NCBI GenBank assembly: GCA_964016885.1
Contig: OZ024743.1
Span: 312,728,001-312,792,000 of the forward strand
Direction: 5' to 3'
Origin: Eledone cirrhosa
Lineage: Eukaryota
DNA length: 64,000 nt
A program made the translations under genes and the position numbers. Shown here piece by piece: positions 1-14,134 of this stretch. The notes under the pieces are model-generated. The model ran no database searches. It had not been told where the DNA came from and saw only the letters and a program-made list of their open reading frames with translations. Positions within the stretch are counted from its first letter, which is position 1. Every line of letters begins with the position of its first letter.

Positions 1-136
1 AATTATAATAATTTAACAATTATGATGATGATGATGTTTTCTTGGTTAAGGAAAAGGTAATTGTTTTGAAAAAAAAGGAGTAGAATAGACCATTATGAAA
101 CCATCTCTGATTCTTTAATATAAAACACTGTTTTAA

Positions 137-372
137 CCCCTTTTATATCAAGTTGTCTGAAACTACCCTTATTTCTATAATACAAAACTGTTTATTTTAA
201 ATTTTATATTTAGCTAAAAATATTCCATCATAATTTTATATCATAAACATTGTTATATGTTCCAAACACCAGATTAATAATGAGAAATATATATTACTAA
301 ATTCTTCCAAAGTTTTGTTTATTTTGAAAATATCATGCAGTGTTCTACATTAGAAATATGGTAATGAAAAGA
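137..372. mobile_element. piggyBac-type MITE family M1 (about 240-260 bp; further copies near 22335-22590, 22835-23172, 31660-31840, 32378-32586, 36809-37035, 37138-37390, 38675-39188, 42100-42280, 45568-46007, 51099-51339, 52903-53190, 55720-56230, 62481-62687)
   Basis: TTAA-flanked ccctttt...aaaggg ends and a shared internal consensus (ttccatcataattttatgtaa...gttccaaacaccagcttaataatga). Confidence 0.8.
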
Positions 373-1502
373 TTAAGGCAATTATATCAAAATTAAAATC
401 TTGTCATAATTTTATGTAAGAACCTTTTGTTATGTAATGTCGCAAATGCTAGATTAAAGTTAGAGCTATCATTTTACATTGGACGAAACCTGCAACTTAT
501 TTCAGTTTTATGGGTGTTAAGCAAGTGAAAGTACAGGACTTCCTCTTCAGCAGGACACCAGTTCATCACAGGTATAACTCCCAGGAAATTGAACAAAACC
601 AATGAATGCTCAAGAACATACTGTATGACCCAGTTTAGGAATTGAACCCATGATCTTATAATTGTGAGCTCAACACCATAATCACTAGGCCATGTCCCCC
701 AACAATGCTAGTGTAATAGAGAGAAAAGTTAGCTATTTTACGAGATCTTTGTAAATTATTGATTATTTCATATTTAATGCTATTTCTTCTGAACTCTTAA
801 CAACCTGTAATGATTTAGCAGAACATATCTAAAGCAATTTTTGTTAATTCAAATATTTATAATGTTATTACTAGTGGCAGATGATAATGAACATTTGTAG
901 TAAACTATAGAAAACTGAGATTTTATGTGATGCAACTAGAGTACTATTTTGTTCTTTCAAGAATATCTTGTTAATGCATTTTCATGAAGTACAGGATGTT
1001 AAGAGTTAAAGTAACAAAGCCCAAATATTAGTTATCATCCTTTAATGTCCACTTTCCCTGCTAGCAAGGGTTGGTCAGGTCTACATAGACCAAATCAGTA
1101 CTGAAGAGGGACGACTAACCTCTCAGACAGGCTGAGAGGCCTGCACTTCGCTTATGTACAGTCATACATTCTATCGAGTGCACAGGAGAAATTGTTGTGC
1201 GTTTTGGCACAAACTGAGGAGTCCTCCAAACCCTTCGTTTGGCAAGCTTTCTCTGGCTGGATGCTTTTCCTAACACCAACCACTTAAGTGTCTATTGAGT
1301 GTTTTTATTGTGTAGATCACCAGTACTAATTAATATATGCATATTGTTTTCCTATTAAACATATTGGGAAAGGTGCAATTGGAGAGGATGACAAAGAAAT
1401 AAGAAACAGAAATTATGTTACATAGAAAATATATTACAGTAATTCAGAAACAAAAATATGATAATGAAAAATAAAATAATGATAAAATAGCAATGAATGA
1501 TA

Positions 1503-1554
<52 letters not shown>

Positions 1555-1555
1555 G

Positions 1556-2287
1556 GAATGCTAATGGCTGCGCAGGAGCAGGCCCTCAAAACGAAGTGGT
1601 TGAAGCACCATATTTACAAGGAGGAGGCTAGCCCACTGTGCAGGATCTGTGGAGAGAGAGAGGAGACTGTGGCTCACATTGTGTCCGAGTGTAAACACCT
1701 AGCCCAGACCCACTATAAGGGCTGGAGACACGATGTGATGGGCAGGGTGATCCACTGGCACCTGTGCAAAGTAAACAATTTACCACATTCTGAGAAATGG
1801 TATGAGCATAGGCCAGAGGCGGTGATGGAGAACAATCAGGTGAAGGTGCTGTGGGATTTTAGGATACAGACGGACAAAAAACTGGAACACAATAGACCTG
1901 ACCTGGTGGTTGTGGACAAAGAAAAAAGATTGTATCTGATTGTGGATGTGGCCTGCCCTTTCGACACGAGAGTGCAAGAGAAGGAGAGGGAGAAAATTAA
2001 CCGATACTAGGACCTAAAGTGGGAGGTGAAAAGGATTTGGAACTGCCATGAAGTCAAAGTGATCCCGATTGTCATAGGCGCACTGGGGACTATCTCCAAA
2101 AGTTTCCAGGGATGGTTAAAGAAAATCGGCCCCTTCACGCTTTTTGGAACGCTTCAAAAGGCATGCTTGCTTGGAACAGCAAGAACCCTCCGATACGTCC
2201 TGAATATCTGAGGCTGCAGGTAGTGGCTTGATATTCAATCCAACGGACTTTCCAGTTAACCAACATCAATGACTGAGATTCAAGGAA
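1556..2287 (+). mobile_element. 5'-truncated R4/Dong-like non-LTR retrotransposon (CCHC knuckle plus restriction-like endonuclease C-terminus) inserted in (AAT)n
   Basis: CRICGEREETVAHIVSEC knuckle and RPDLVV..IVDVACP..EKINRY RLE motif. ORFs 1558-2010 and 2026-2211 are one frame broken by a single TAG (2008-2010). (AAT)n lies on both sides, the known target of Dong elements. Confidence 0.85.
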
Positions 2288-2315
2288 TAACAATAATAAT
2301 AATAATAATAATAAT

Positions 2316-3250
2316 TGTTTCTACTTTTGGCACAAGGCCGGCAATTATGCCAGTGCATTACTGGTACTTTATTTTATCGACCTTGTAAGGATGAAAGGCA
2401 AATGATTTCTGATTAAGGCACAAGGCCAACAGTGTTTTGGGGAATGGAAAGTTGATTAAATTGATCCCAGTGCATTACTGTTGCTTTATCAATCCCCGTC
2501 AGGATGAAAAGCAAAGCTAACCTCAGCAGGATTTGAATTCAGAACGCAAAGGGCCGCAATTCTATGCTGCAAAGCAGATGGACCGACGACACTCTACCAA
2601 TACTGCCAATCCACCATAATAATAACTATAACTGTTTCTAATTAGGTGCAAGGCCAGAAATTTAGAAGAGGGGAAAAATTGATTAAACTGATCTCACTAG
2701 TTCACTGGTACTTTATTTTATTGACTTTGGAATGATGAAAGGCAAAGTTGACCTTGGTGAAATTTGAGCTCAGAATGTGAAAAGCCTTTTTGTCTGCTGT
2801 TCTATAATAATTGTTTCTACATTAGGCACAAGGCCAGCAATTTGAAGGGAAGGGGAAAGTCAATTAAATTGATCCCAGTGCTTACTGAGACTTTATTTCA
2901 TTGACCCTGTAAAAATGAAAGGCAAAGCTAACCATGGCGGGATTTGAACTCAGATTGTAAAGGGGCATAACTCTATGCCGCAAAGAATGTTGTTCAACGC
3001 TCTACCAATACTGCCAATCCACCACCCTCAGATGTTCTATAATAATAATAAAGGGTTCCTGATTTAGGCACAAGGTTAACAATTGTTGCTGGAGGGCAAA
3101 AGTTGATTTAAATTGACCCTAATGTATTACTGGTACTTTATTTTATTGAGCCCGTAAAGATGAAAGGTAAAACTAACTAGAGCATGATTTGAACTCAGAA
3201 TATGCCACAAAGCATGTTGTCTGTCACTCTCCCAATACTGCCAAATATAA
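2316..3250 (-). mobile_element. Cluster of about 5 tRNA-derived SINEs with a Meta-like central domain (family S1)
   Basis: Repeated ggcacaaggcc...gaccccagtg...ttttatcgaccc...gatgaaaggcaaag...gatttgaactcaga...tactgccaatccacc. The reverse complement has A/B-box-like motifs, the gcctttcatcc...gtcgataaaat core and an (ATT)n tail. Confidence 0.8.
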
Positions 3251-6200
3251 TAATAATTTCATTTATTGAAGGTGTGCATGTTACAAGTTTAAAGAAAAAC
3301 GATGATGACAATGATTATAAAAATAAAGTCACTGAATGTTTAATTAATGTATCCACTAAGAAGATGATGATCATGGTCATGAATATGGTAATTGTGATGA
3401 AATACTGAGCTAATCATATCTAAATTTACAAAAAAGGCAAGCATTTATCTATCTCTTGAAAAATCTGGTTAGGACAATTTTATGATAACATGAAAGAATG
3501 ATGTAACTTATGACAAACAACAATATAATCAGGTGTTCAAGGCACACTGAAAAATGAAATGCTTATTTAAAAGAGATATTGACTTCATCAAAGGAATTAA
3601 AATGGTTTTGTGTTTCTTTATATTTATATATATATTTAAAAAAAAGCCAGACTAGATCAAATACATACTGGTTTAACATTAATGAAAATTACATGAACAG
3701 AACACAGCTATAGAAAATAGTCTAATCGACACAACATGCAATCTAATGAGGACAGACACTAGCAGGTCAGCTATAGAAATAAATCATTTATTTTTATCAT
3801 TATTATTATTAGATGTCATTTTCTAATACTGACTATTTCAAAATTATTTCTTATTCACAATAAGGTACCAATTGATATTTACAAGCAGATTAAATGAGAG
3901 AAAAGTAAAACATGTTTTTTATTTATTTAACCTTAGCTTATTCAATTCTTTTTAAAGAATAGCTAATTTGGCATGTCACTGCAATCACATCTCCTCTCAC
4001 TTGTTCTCTTAACACCTTTCAAAAGGAGTATTTTATCAAGACCAATTAAACATTTCTAACATAATATTTCAATATCTTGCTTTATATTCAATTTACTCAC
4101 ACCACCCACAGAGAACTTTATTTTTAGCTAAGCTTAAAGAGGCAAATCCTCCCTCCTAATGGGATCCAGTCAATAACACATTTTGATAGCCAGGGGCTTG
4201 TGAGTGTTGTCACTCCTATCTATAGTTATTTCTGGTGCCACACCTGAATAGTGGTGTTTCTATCCTCCATCCAAATCTACAGTACCAGAGCCATGGAACT
4301 TTGTTAAGGAAATCCTGACTATATCTAGCAGGTATCATGTGGCCTCATCTCTAGCTCCTGCTCTTTACCTGTAAGGGTTGTAACATACAAACCTAAAGCC
4401 ACAATTACTGAAAAGATTTCTTTGAGACTTAGTTACAGTAAAATATTTTCTGCGAATAACTAAATAAATAAATATGAGATATTTTGACTATATTTTTGGA
4501 ACATATTTGAATGTGGAAAGTAAATAAAATGCATAGATTTGTAATAAAAATGATTGTATATGTTTAAGTAAGGTGAAGGATTTATCTGATATTCTTGACC
4601 TTACTAAGTCTGTAACATCTTGTCAGTGCTAATTGGGACTTTGGAGGGAATCAAATATATGCCAACTGCCTCCTATTTTCTTTTACTGATTTCATGTGTA
4701 GACAAAAAATTTGATAAAACCTTTCACTTTGTATTTGAATATATATGGTAAGTGACGTTATAATTTAGGTAATTAGAATATTAAAATGTTGGCCATATTC
4801 AGGGCTTCTGAGAAAGGAGGGAGGAAGGGGAGGAAGCTATCCTCAAAGCAAAGAGTTGGTCTGAATGCTGACCACAGAGTAAACTTTGTTAAAGTCACCT
4901 AAGGATCAGGTGGGAGTGTGAAAACAGGCTACAAATTAAATCTATCACTCAAGTACAACCATAGAAGGGTTTGATTTTGGAACACAAAGGGCTGGAACAT
5001 ATCACAAGGCATTTCATCCAACACTCTACCAATTCTGTTAATCAACTGTCATGGACTAGTTCTTTATTTTAACAATCCCCCCCAAAATGGAAAGCGAAGT
5101 TGACCATGCTATGATTTGAGCCAAAACAAATACCGCAAACAACAAATACTGCAAAGCTACAGTGTCTCTTTCAAATAATTGTTGCAGAAAAATTCATTAA
5201 CCTATTATATTTCATTTATGTAAGAATTTATTTTACTCTATATCTAAATTTTCTTGTGTGTTCAGAAAAGATATACTGTATACCAGCATATAATAAGTAG
5301 CAGAAAGGTCTGACGCCAGGAAGGGCATCCAACAATAAAACATTACCTCAAAAAGAAGCCTGTAGTGAATATGAAACTTATGACAGGGCAACAAGGTTAA
5401 CTCCTGCTTTAGCAGTGATAATGGCTTTAAACTGCTTGATATTGTTTAATTTGTATAATTATGATAATTGTATAATTATTTCTTGCTTTTAGTGAATTCA
5501 GATCTAAGATGGAAAGTTGAATATGAATCTATTCATGAGGTCCACATGGCCTTAGTGGGGAAATGGCCTTAAAATGCTTGTAGTGTGGTGTTATCTATAT
5601 TTTAGTAATTATCGTAAAACATTTATTCTTTTACTGGTTTCAGTCATTAGGCTGCAACTATGCTGGGATACAACCTTAAAGGGATTTAGCTGACCATATC
5701 AAAATCAGTACTTATTTTTTTGACATTTATTAGACATTTTAAAGAAAGTCTTGTTAACTTTAATGGAAGTCTTGTTCAGTTTAATGTATTTTTATTAGAA
5801 GCCTTGCTAAATTTAAGTATTGATAACTTTAATGGAAGATATGCTAACCTAGAATCAGTTTGAAAATATCAAGTGAACCCAACAAAATATACAACTGTAC
5901 TTGAAAAGAAAACAGGATTTTTTTAAAAACAGAGATATTTAAACTGGTTGAGATAATCAAGGAAATAATATGATGAAAATATGGAAGAAAATGTTAAGAT
6001 GTGAAACACTGGCAACCATTAATGAAAAGACAATATCAAGGAAATAGAAGCCAGGTAAAACATTCAGTCATCAACATGGCTGAATAACTAACCTGATGTT
6101 ACATAAATGCACACCTACTTTCTAAAGTTACTAATGTTCATATATATATAATATATTATATCATATATATATAATATATATACTATTAAATACAATATAT

Positions 6201-7076
6201 ATATATATATATATATAAATATATGTCCAATATTCATACATATATATATATACATATATATAATTCACTTCATTAGAATGTGATTACTGAAGTCAACTTT
6301 TCTTGTGATACAATAAAAAACACCAAGAATTTCACTTTTACATTCCATTCATCTAAATAATAACCATCAAATTTAAAGGAAACTAAAGTGAAATTTATTG
6401 GAAAAGAATGAAAACTTACCTGATGAAAGATATGCAAAAATTTCAATAATAAATGAGAAGAAATAACTTAAACACATGTTATCATTTTCTACTTTAAAAT
6501 TGCCAACTAAACTGAGTTAAAGATTTGTTGATTACTCTCATTAATTTTAGTGTAGATGTATGTATTTATGTATGTATAAATGAATGAATATATGTATGCA
6601 TGCTTGTATATATATATGCATGTATGTGTGCATGCATGTATGTATGTATGAATGTGTGCATGTATGCACAAATGTAAATATGTATGCATGCATGAACATA
6701 TATATGTATGTATGTATGCATATGTATGCATGCATGTATGTATGATGCATGTATATGTATGCTTGTATGTATGTATAGATGAATGTATCTATGTATGTAT
6801 ACATGAATGAATCTATGTATACATGAATGAATGTATTTATGTATATTGTGGCTAATGGTAACAGAACAAATCATTCAGTGAAAGGTTGTCACCCTCACTC
6901 ATTTGTTCAGTGTCTCTGAAGTGCATAACCTCAAGAGTATGTCATCTCATGGTCCCAGTATACAGAATTGTAAAGGTCTTTGCAATAGTAATCACAAGAA
7001 ATAAATACTGCCATCAATAATAGCTTCTGATTTAAGCACAAGGCCAACAATTTTTGGGCAGGGAAAAGTCAATTAA

Positions 7077-7296
7077 CCCTTTAGCATTAAAACTGGCCAT
7101 ATCTAGCCAGAATTCTCTCACCTCTTTCTATTCAAAGCAGCTGTAACCAGCCACTCATACCAACGTTAAGGTATTATTTTCAAAATAAATAATATCAAAA
7201 TCTCATAGATTCGATATTATGTAAGATAATTATGGAGGTAAAGCCTTTACTGTGAAAATATAATAGTAAATATAGAGTAATGTAAATATTAAAGGG
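7077..7296. mobile_element. piggyBac-type MITE family M2 (reverse copies 53340-53567 and 57810-58030)
   Basis: TTAA|cccttta...taaaggg|TTAA. It interrupts an S1 SINE exactly at its gtc(g/a)aTTAAat site, which demonstrates the TTAA duplication. Confidence 0.85.
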
Positions 7297-7908
7297 TTAA
7301 ATGGACGCCAGTGTGTTACTGGCACAGTATTTGACAAGTAGTTTATTTTATCTGAAGGAATCTAACTAAAGAATTGTGTATGAAAAACCAATTCTACTAT
7401 CACAATAACAACTGTATTTTCTAATTTAGGTAGAAAGTTAGAAATTTCTTTTTGTGGGGGTGGATGTATAATATATTATTTTATTAACTCTAGAAAGTTG
7501 AAAAATGAAGTTGACTTCGGAAGATAAAGAGTTTGAATAAATATGACAAAGTATTTTGTCTGGTGCTAACAATTCTGGCTGGTTTCTAGTTTAGATACAA
7601 GGCCAGCATCTAGGTAGAAGGGAAAAGTTGATTAAATCCCACCCTGTACTTGACTGGTACTTCCATTTAAGGAAGATTGAATAGTAAAGTTGATCTTGCC
7701 AGGATTAACTATAGTACTATAGTTGCCTACTAGATGTATGTTTGAGTCCGTGCACATGGGAAGGTATGTCTTCTGTAGTGTTGCATAATGGCAAAGATCG
7801 CGATCAAATGTCATTGTCTTTGAGAGGTGCAATTGCGCAAGGTCAGCTTTTATCACCTCATCCCAGGTCTTCCTACTTCATAGCCATGCACCTTTTTATA
7901 CAGCTCAG

Positions 7909-7963
<55 letters not shown>

Positions 7964-9096
7964 AATATATGTACATGTAAACATACCTATATACATACAC
8001 ATGTAAAAAAGAAGAGATGGTATCACATATACATCTTCAGTTATTACAGCATCCCGTTATGTACATTTCAAAAACATCTAATTTGCGTAACATTATTTGA
8101 TGTATCTTGGTATCTTAGCAAATACACACTTTGCTGAATCATCATGTCCATGTTGTAAGAATATTATGATGCATAATAATCAAGAGAACATGATACGATG
8201 ATGATGATGATCATCATCATTTTATATCCCCTTTCCATTCTGGCATAGGTTGGATATGTTGTCACAGTCCATGTAAGTTCATATTTCTGGTTATTGCAAC
8301 TTATACAGGTCAAAAGAGTTCAGCTTCCTGATAAATTCTATTTTTGTCATGGTTTCTACAGCTGGATGCTCTCCTTAACATTAACTATTTCACAAAATGT
8401 ATTGGGCTCATTTTATTGAGGTAGCAGCACTAGAGAGGGTGTTATGTCCAGGATAGGACTAAAGGATCTTCTTAAATATAACTTTGTTCCTTATTTTATT
8501 GCTAACCACTTAACAATGTGTATTGGGTGCATTTCTCTTGGCATTTTCATTAGAGAGGTTGTCGCATCCTCTGCAGCAGATATGACAACCTCTGCTCTAT
8601 ATAGTAGCCACTGTTTGAAGGCAAATTTAACCAAGAGTGCTATTAGGAGAGGAGGAGAAGGGAGCATAGATATGAGTATGAAGAAGAAAGATCACATGTT
8701 ACGGGATATAGGGACAAAGGTAATTATGTGTTGCTTGTTGGGTAAAGAGGATCTGAAGGAATATATGAGCTATAGGATGTTAAGGGAAAGTGTATTGAAG
8801 GAATGAAATGATAGCTATGTGGCAGTTGTTGGTATGTGGCTGAGTAGATACAGCTTGAGAAGCATGAAGAGGTAGGATAAGATGAGTGATGGCAATGGAG
8901 AGCAAGTGACGAGTGATGGTGCGAGTGATAAATGGCAATCAAAAGCCAGAAAGAATGGAAAGAGAAATATGGTGATAAGAGTAGGTAATGACAGGGTGGC
9001 AAATATAGAGAAATTGGATGACTTCCCTCATGACAAAGCCATTGTGTTGCAAAAACATAGAGAAGAGATAGAGTGATGTTGGTGAGAATAAATATA

Positions 9097-9277
9097 ATTG
9101 TTTCTATTTTAGGCACAAGGCCAGCAATTACCCAGTTCATTACTGGTACTTTATTTTATCGACCCCGTAAGGATGAAAGGCAAAGTTAACCTCGGCAGGA
9201 TTTGAACGCAGATCATAAAGGGACGTAACTCTATGCTTCAAAGCATGGTGTCCGACTCTCAACCGATACTGCCAATG
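9097..9277 (-). mobile_element. SINE family S1 copy (others at about 7020-7330, 7580-7710, 9884-9990, 41860-42085, 43460-43870, 46915-47100, 52200-52365, 56453-56780; plus-strand copy 47114-47222)
   Basis: Same consensus as the 2316-3250 cluster. Confidence 0.8.
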
Positions 9278-9773
9278 AGAATAAATATAATGATGTGTAA
9301 TGACAGAAGGACTGAATGTGTTGCTCAAATATCATCCCCCACAATATGGTGGCATACTAGAGTAAATAGGACAGTGGATGGTAGATGAGAGGATGGTAGT
9401 GGAGTGTGACAAATAAGACTATAGATAGAGACAAGATAGGAGTATACAAGGCAAGAGACCCACCAAAATTATTTAAAATACTATCATCATCATTTTACAA
9501 CCACTTTCTAAGCTAGCACATTTTAGACAGGTTGTGACAGTTTGAGAATGGATGGGTTAGAGAACCTCACTTCACTCATATGTTCCATTTCTGGCATGGA
9601 TTCGACAGCTGGATGCCAACACCACTTTACAGAATGTATTGCTTGCATTTTATCGTGGCATCAGAGTGTATTGGGTGTATTCTATTGGGACACCAACAAT
9701 ACAACTTTACAAAGTGAACTGGATGGATGCACTTTATTGTGGCACCACCACTATATATGTACGCATGTGTGTT

Positions 9774-9848
<75 letters not shown>

Positions 9849-10210
9849 GTATATATACACACACACACAGACTTTTAATATATTGATCCCATAATGATGA
9901 AAGGCAAAGCTAACCTCGGTGGGATTTGAACTCAAATAACTTTATACCATAAAGCATGATGTCTAACTCTCTACTGATTATGCTAATTCATGGTAATAAT
10001 AATTATGATGTCTTCTAAATGGTTCCATGACCAGAAATGAGAGGCCTTAATATATTGTATATATTACTATAACTTAGTCAAGATATATTACTACTTATTT
10101 TCCAGCTGAATTGAAACTTGTTTGGAGGATATGAGCAGTGTTCTATTTAGCTTGGTATTTAAAGTTATGGAAATGTAGCAAGATTTAACTACAATATTAT
10201 AATATATTGG

Positions 10211-10410
<200 letters not shown>

Positions 10411-10432
10411 GTGTATACATACATATATATAT

Positions 10433-10757
10433 GGAGGCACATGGCTTAGTGGTTAGAGCATTGGCCTTGCAATCGAAAGGTTGTGAGTTCAATTCTCAGA
10501 CCGGGTGATGTGTTGTTTCCTTGAGCAAGACACTTTATTTCACATTGCTCCAGTTTACTCAGCTGTAGAAATGAGATGATAGGGACTGGGGTCCATATCA
10601 TTCCACTGCAAAGTGGTCGTGGAGGTGGCACGGCAAAATAGCACCCAGCACTCACTGTAAATGAGGTTGGTGTTAGGAAGGGCATCCAGCTGTAGAAATC
10701 AAGCCAGTATCAGTTTCCGTCCCACCCTTGCAAGCAGGGAAAAAGCGGACGTATGAT
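10433..10757 (+). mobile_element. tRNA-derived SINE family S2 with an RTE-LINE-like 3' tail
   Basis: Head tggcttagtggttagagc (A box) ... gagttcaattct (B box); central tccttgagcaagacacttt; tail ggttggtgttaggaagggcatccagc...ggacgta(tga)n is shared with the RTE LINE end at 17088-17245. Confidence 0.85.
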
Positions 10758-10866
10758 ATATATATATATACACACATATATATACATACATACGTATATA
10801 TACATATATACACATAGATACGTATTTATATATATACATACATATATGTATATATATTTATATACA

Positions 10867-11225
10867 CATTGTTATACTTGGGGAGGGTCATATTGTTGTA
10901 ATAATATTGCCAGAATTAATAACGGAACACACTCACTGTTTGGTTGGTTTTCGCTTCTGTATCTTTTATATCAGTTAATTCATTCGGTCCTCAATGTTTA
11001 CCATTGACTGACCAACGGTCAAAAATACAGATATAATATAGATATAAACACATATATATATAGTCTAACAAAGTTCTTTCGTTGCACATCTGCAACATCG
11101 TCAGTGGTGCTATTATGTTCTTCCTGTTGTATTGTATGTGGCAATATTATTACAATATGATCCTCCCCAAGTATAACAATATTTGTTTCGACACATGATT
11201 TCATATAAAAATCTAGCAAAACAAA
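10867..11225. mobile_element. Penelope-like inverted-repeat cassette (family of 41382-41730)
   Basis: Inverted arms 10868-10911 / 11139-11180; contains hammerhead 11067-11108; embedded in TA-rich microsatellite. Confidence 0.62.
11067..11108 (-). ncRNA. Minimal type I hammerhead ribozyme motif
   Basis: Minus strand acca CTGACGA t gttgca-gatg-tgcaac GAAA gaac TT tgtt; stem I has one mismatch. Confidence 0.62.
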
Positions 11226-11247
11226 TATATATATATACATACATACG

Positions 11248-11292
<45 letters not shown>

Positions 11293-11295
<3 letters not shown>

Positions 11296-11486
11296 ACAAA
11301 GGAATTGTGGTAAGGAACCAGATGGATGATAACGCACCAGAGTACTCAATACTTAGGGTAGTAGAGTGGGAAATAGGAAAAAGTATGACCCCGACGGCAG
11401 AGCTCTAGCCATTTCGAGGGCTATTTCTGGACTATTCCAGAAATAGCCGTCGAAACGGCTAGAGCTCTGCCGTCGGGGTCATACTT

Positions 11487-11490
<4 letters not shown>
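11293..11490 (-). mobile_element. Hairpin-ended cassette, homologous to 32986-33170 in the opposite orientation
   Basis: 114-nt near-perfect palindrome 11377-11490 plus an 85-nt unique arm that matches the reverse complement of 33088-33170. Confidence 0.65.
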
Positions 11491-11561
<71 letters not shown>

Positions 11562-11826
11562 CATATGTAAATATATATATATATGACCAAAGATTAATAT
11601 GATTCATTGATTACTCAATGAATATAGTTTTACAATAGATTAAAAGCACTCTACAATGAAGTTTTCTGGAGTTAGTAATATTATTCAAAATATTAATAAA
11701 TGAATACGTTCACATAATCAAAATATGTTTTATTAAATATATTTCGGAGGTACTGTGCTGTTTTTTCAATACTGGAATTGAACCATCAAGACAGTTGAGG
11801 TATGTCATACATCAATTCATATATAT

Positions 11827-11876
11827 CTGATGAGGACGTACTGAAAAAACAGCACAGTACCTCCGAAATATATATA
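11827..11876 (+). ncRNA. Hammerhead core lacking stem I
   Basis: CTGATGA ggacgtactg...cagtacctcc GAAA tatata TA, inside the inverted repeat 11680-11930. Confidence 0.5.
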
Positions 11877-11927
11877 ACAAAACATATTTTCATTATGTGA
11901 ACGTATTCATTTATTAATATTTTGAAT

Positions 11928-12001
<74 letters not shown>

Positions 12002-12957
12002 CATATGTATATATATACATACATATATATATACATATGCATATATATACATACATATATATATATATTGTCAGGTCACCAGTTGGTGCTACTGGTAACA
12101 TGTATCCCAGTACAACCTGTCCCATGGTCGGGTCGTTGGCGACTAAACTGGCAACCCCACCAAGGTTTCTTGGTGAGGAGGGTGACTTTGGACATCCTGC
12201 AGGACTAAAAACAAAACCTGTCAAAGGACAAAGGAGCTCTTAAGAGTCAATGGCCATCCAAAATCACCGGGAGAGATGACCCCTTAGCCTTTGTCAAGGC
12301 AGAATTCTAGGAGAAGGAAAACTCTGATATAACACCTGCAACCCTGATGGTATCCAATGATGTTGACTTGTTCTTCTTTTTGATAAATATCATCTTGGTT
12401 AAGAGAGTGGGACTGGCTTTGTGCAGTGCCTTTGCTCACTATAAAAGCTTCACGGCACAGGCATTGCTTTATATCTGGAGATCTCTCTGCACTTGTCGTC
12501 ACATGGTACTATGGGCCCAGCACTATGTGTCAATAATTGTCACAAGTGTAGTGTTTGTGCCAGAGTTTTCATGTCGCAGGCTGGACTAAAAAGTCACACT
12601 CGTTCAGCGCATCAATAGGGTTTCTCCTACATGGATATAAAGTAGTGGCCATACTCGAAAACGAGTTGGCAGCCACCATATATATATATATATATATATA
12701 TGCACATACATACGCATATATATATATATACATACATATGCATATATATATACATACATATGCATATATATACATACATATATACATACATATGCATATA
12801 TATATTCTAAACAATAATTCTCTGCTCGAGTGGGCCATGGTGCCCAAACACTGATTTGTAAGACTTTGCCAGTTGGTGCTATTAAGTTAGACATGGCCTG
12901 GGCCAATACTGGCCAAAACCTATACTTGTTATCAAGTTATACATACATACATATCAG

Positions 12958-13394
<437 letters not shown>

Positions 13395-13399
13395 TATAT

Positions 13400-13589
13400 A
13401 GAGATATACATGATATTTTAATTTTAATTATATCTCATAAAATAATACAACTGGCTTTCCACAAAATACATATAGTTAGCGTCCCAAACACTTAAATTGG
13501 GTTTATACTAACATATAACCTAATGTTTGTTGAGTGAGATGGTTACCAGTCGGAGTTTAGCTTTAAGCTATCTCTGTTATTGTATTAAA

Positions 13590-13656
<67 letters not shown>

Positions 13657-14090
13657 GAACGATCGACTTTCGTCAAATCGGACCGAGGGAACAATGTTTC
13701 CGTTGGTCTTTCCAATTGCTAATACTATCTATCGGTCGCAACTCCAGGTAGAAGGAGCAACGTGAAATAAAGTGTCTTGCTCAAGGACATAACGCATCGC
13801 CTAGTCCAGGAATCGAACTCACAACCTTACGATTTCGAATCCAATTCTCTAACCACTCAGCCACACGCCTTCACATACATATGCATATATATATATATAT
13901 ATATACATACATACATATATATGCATATATATATATATATATATATACATACATACATATATATGCATACATATGCATATATATATATACATACATACAT
14001 ACATATATATGCATACATATGCATATATATATATACATACATACATACATATATATGCATACATATGCATATATATATATACATACATAC

Positions 14091-14134
<44 letters not shown>

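Noticed and set aside
8444-9140. ORFs 8444-8806, 8724-9140 and 8882-9076
   Set aside because: Purine-skewed degenerate repeat-like sequence; no recognisable domain or splice structure.
10433-10505. tRNA-like sequences at SINE heads
   Set aside because: They continue into SINE core and tail and lack a proper acceptor stem, so they are not tRNA genes.
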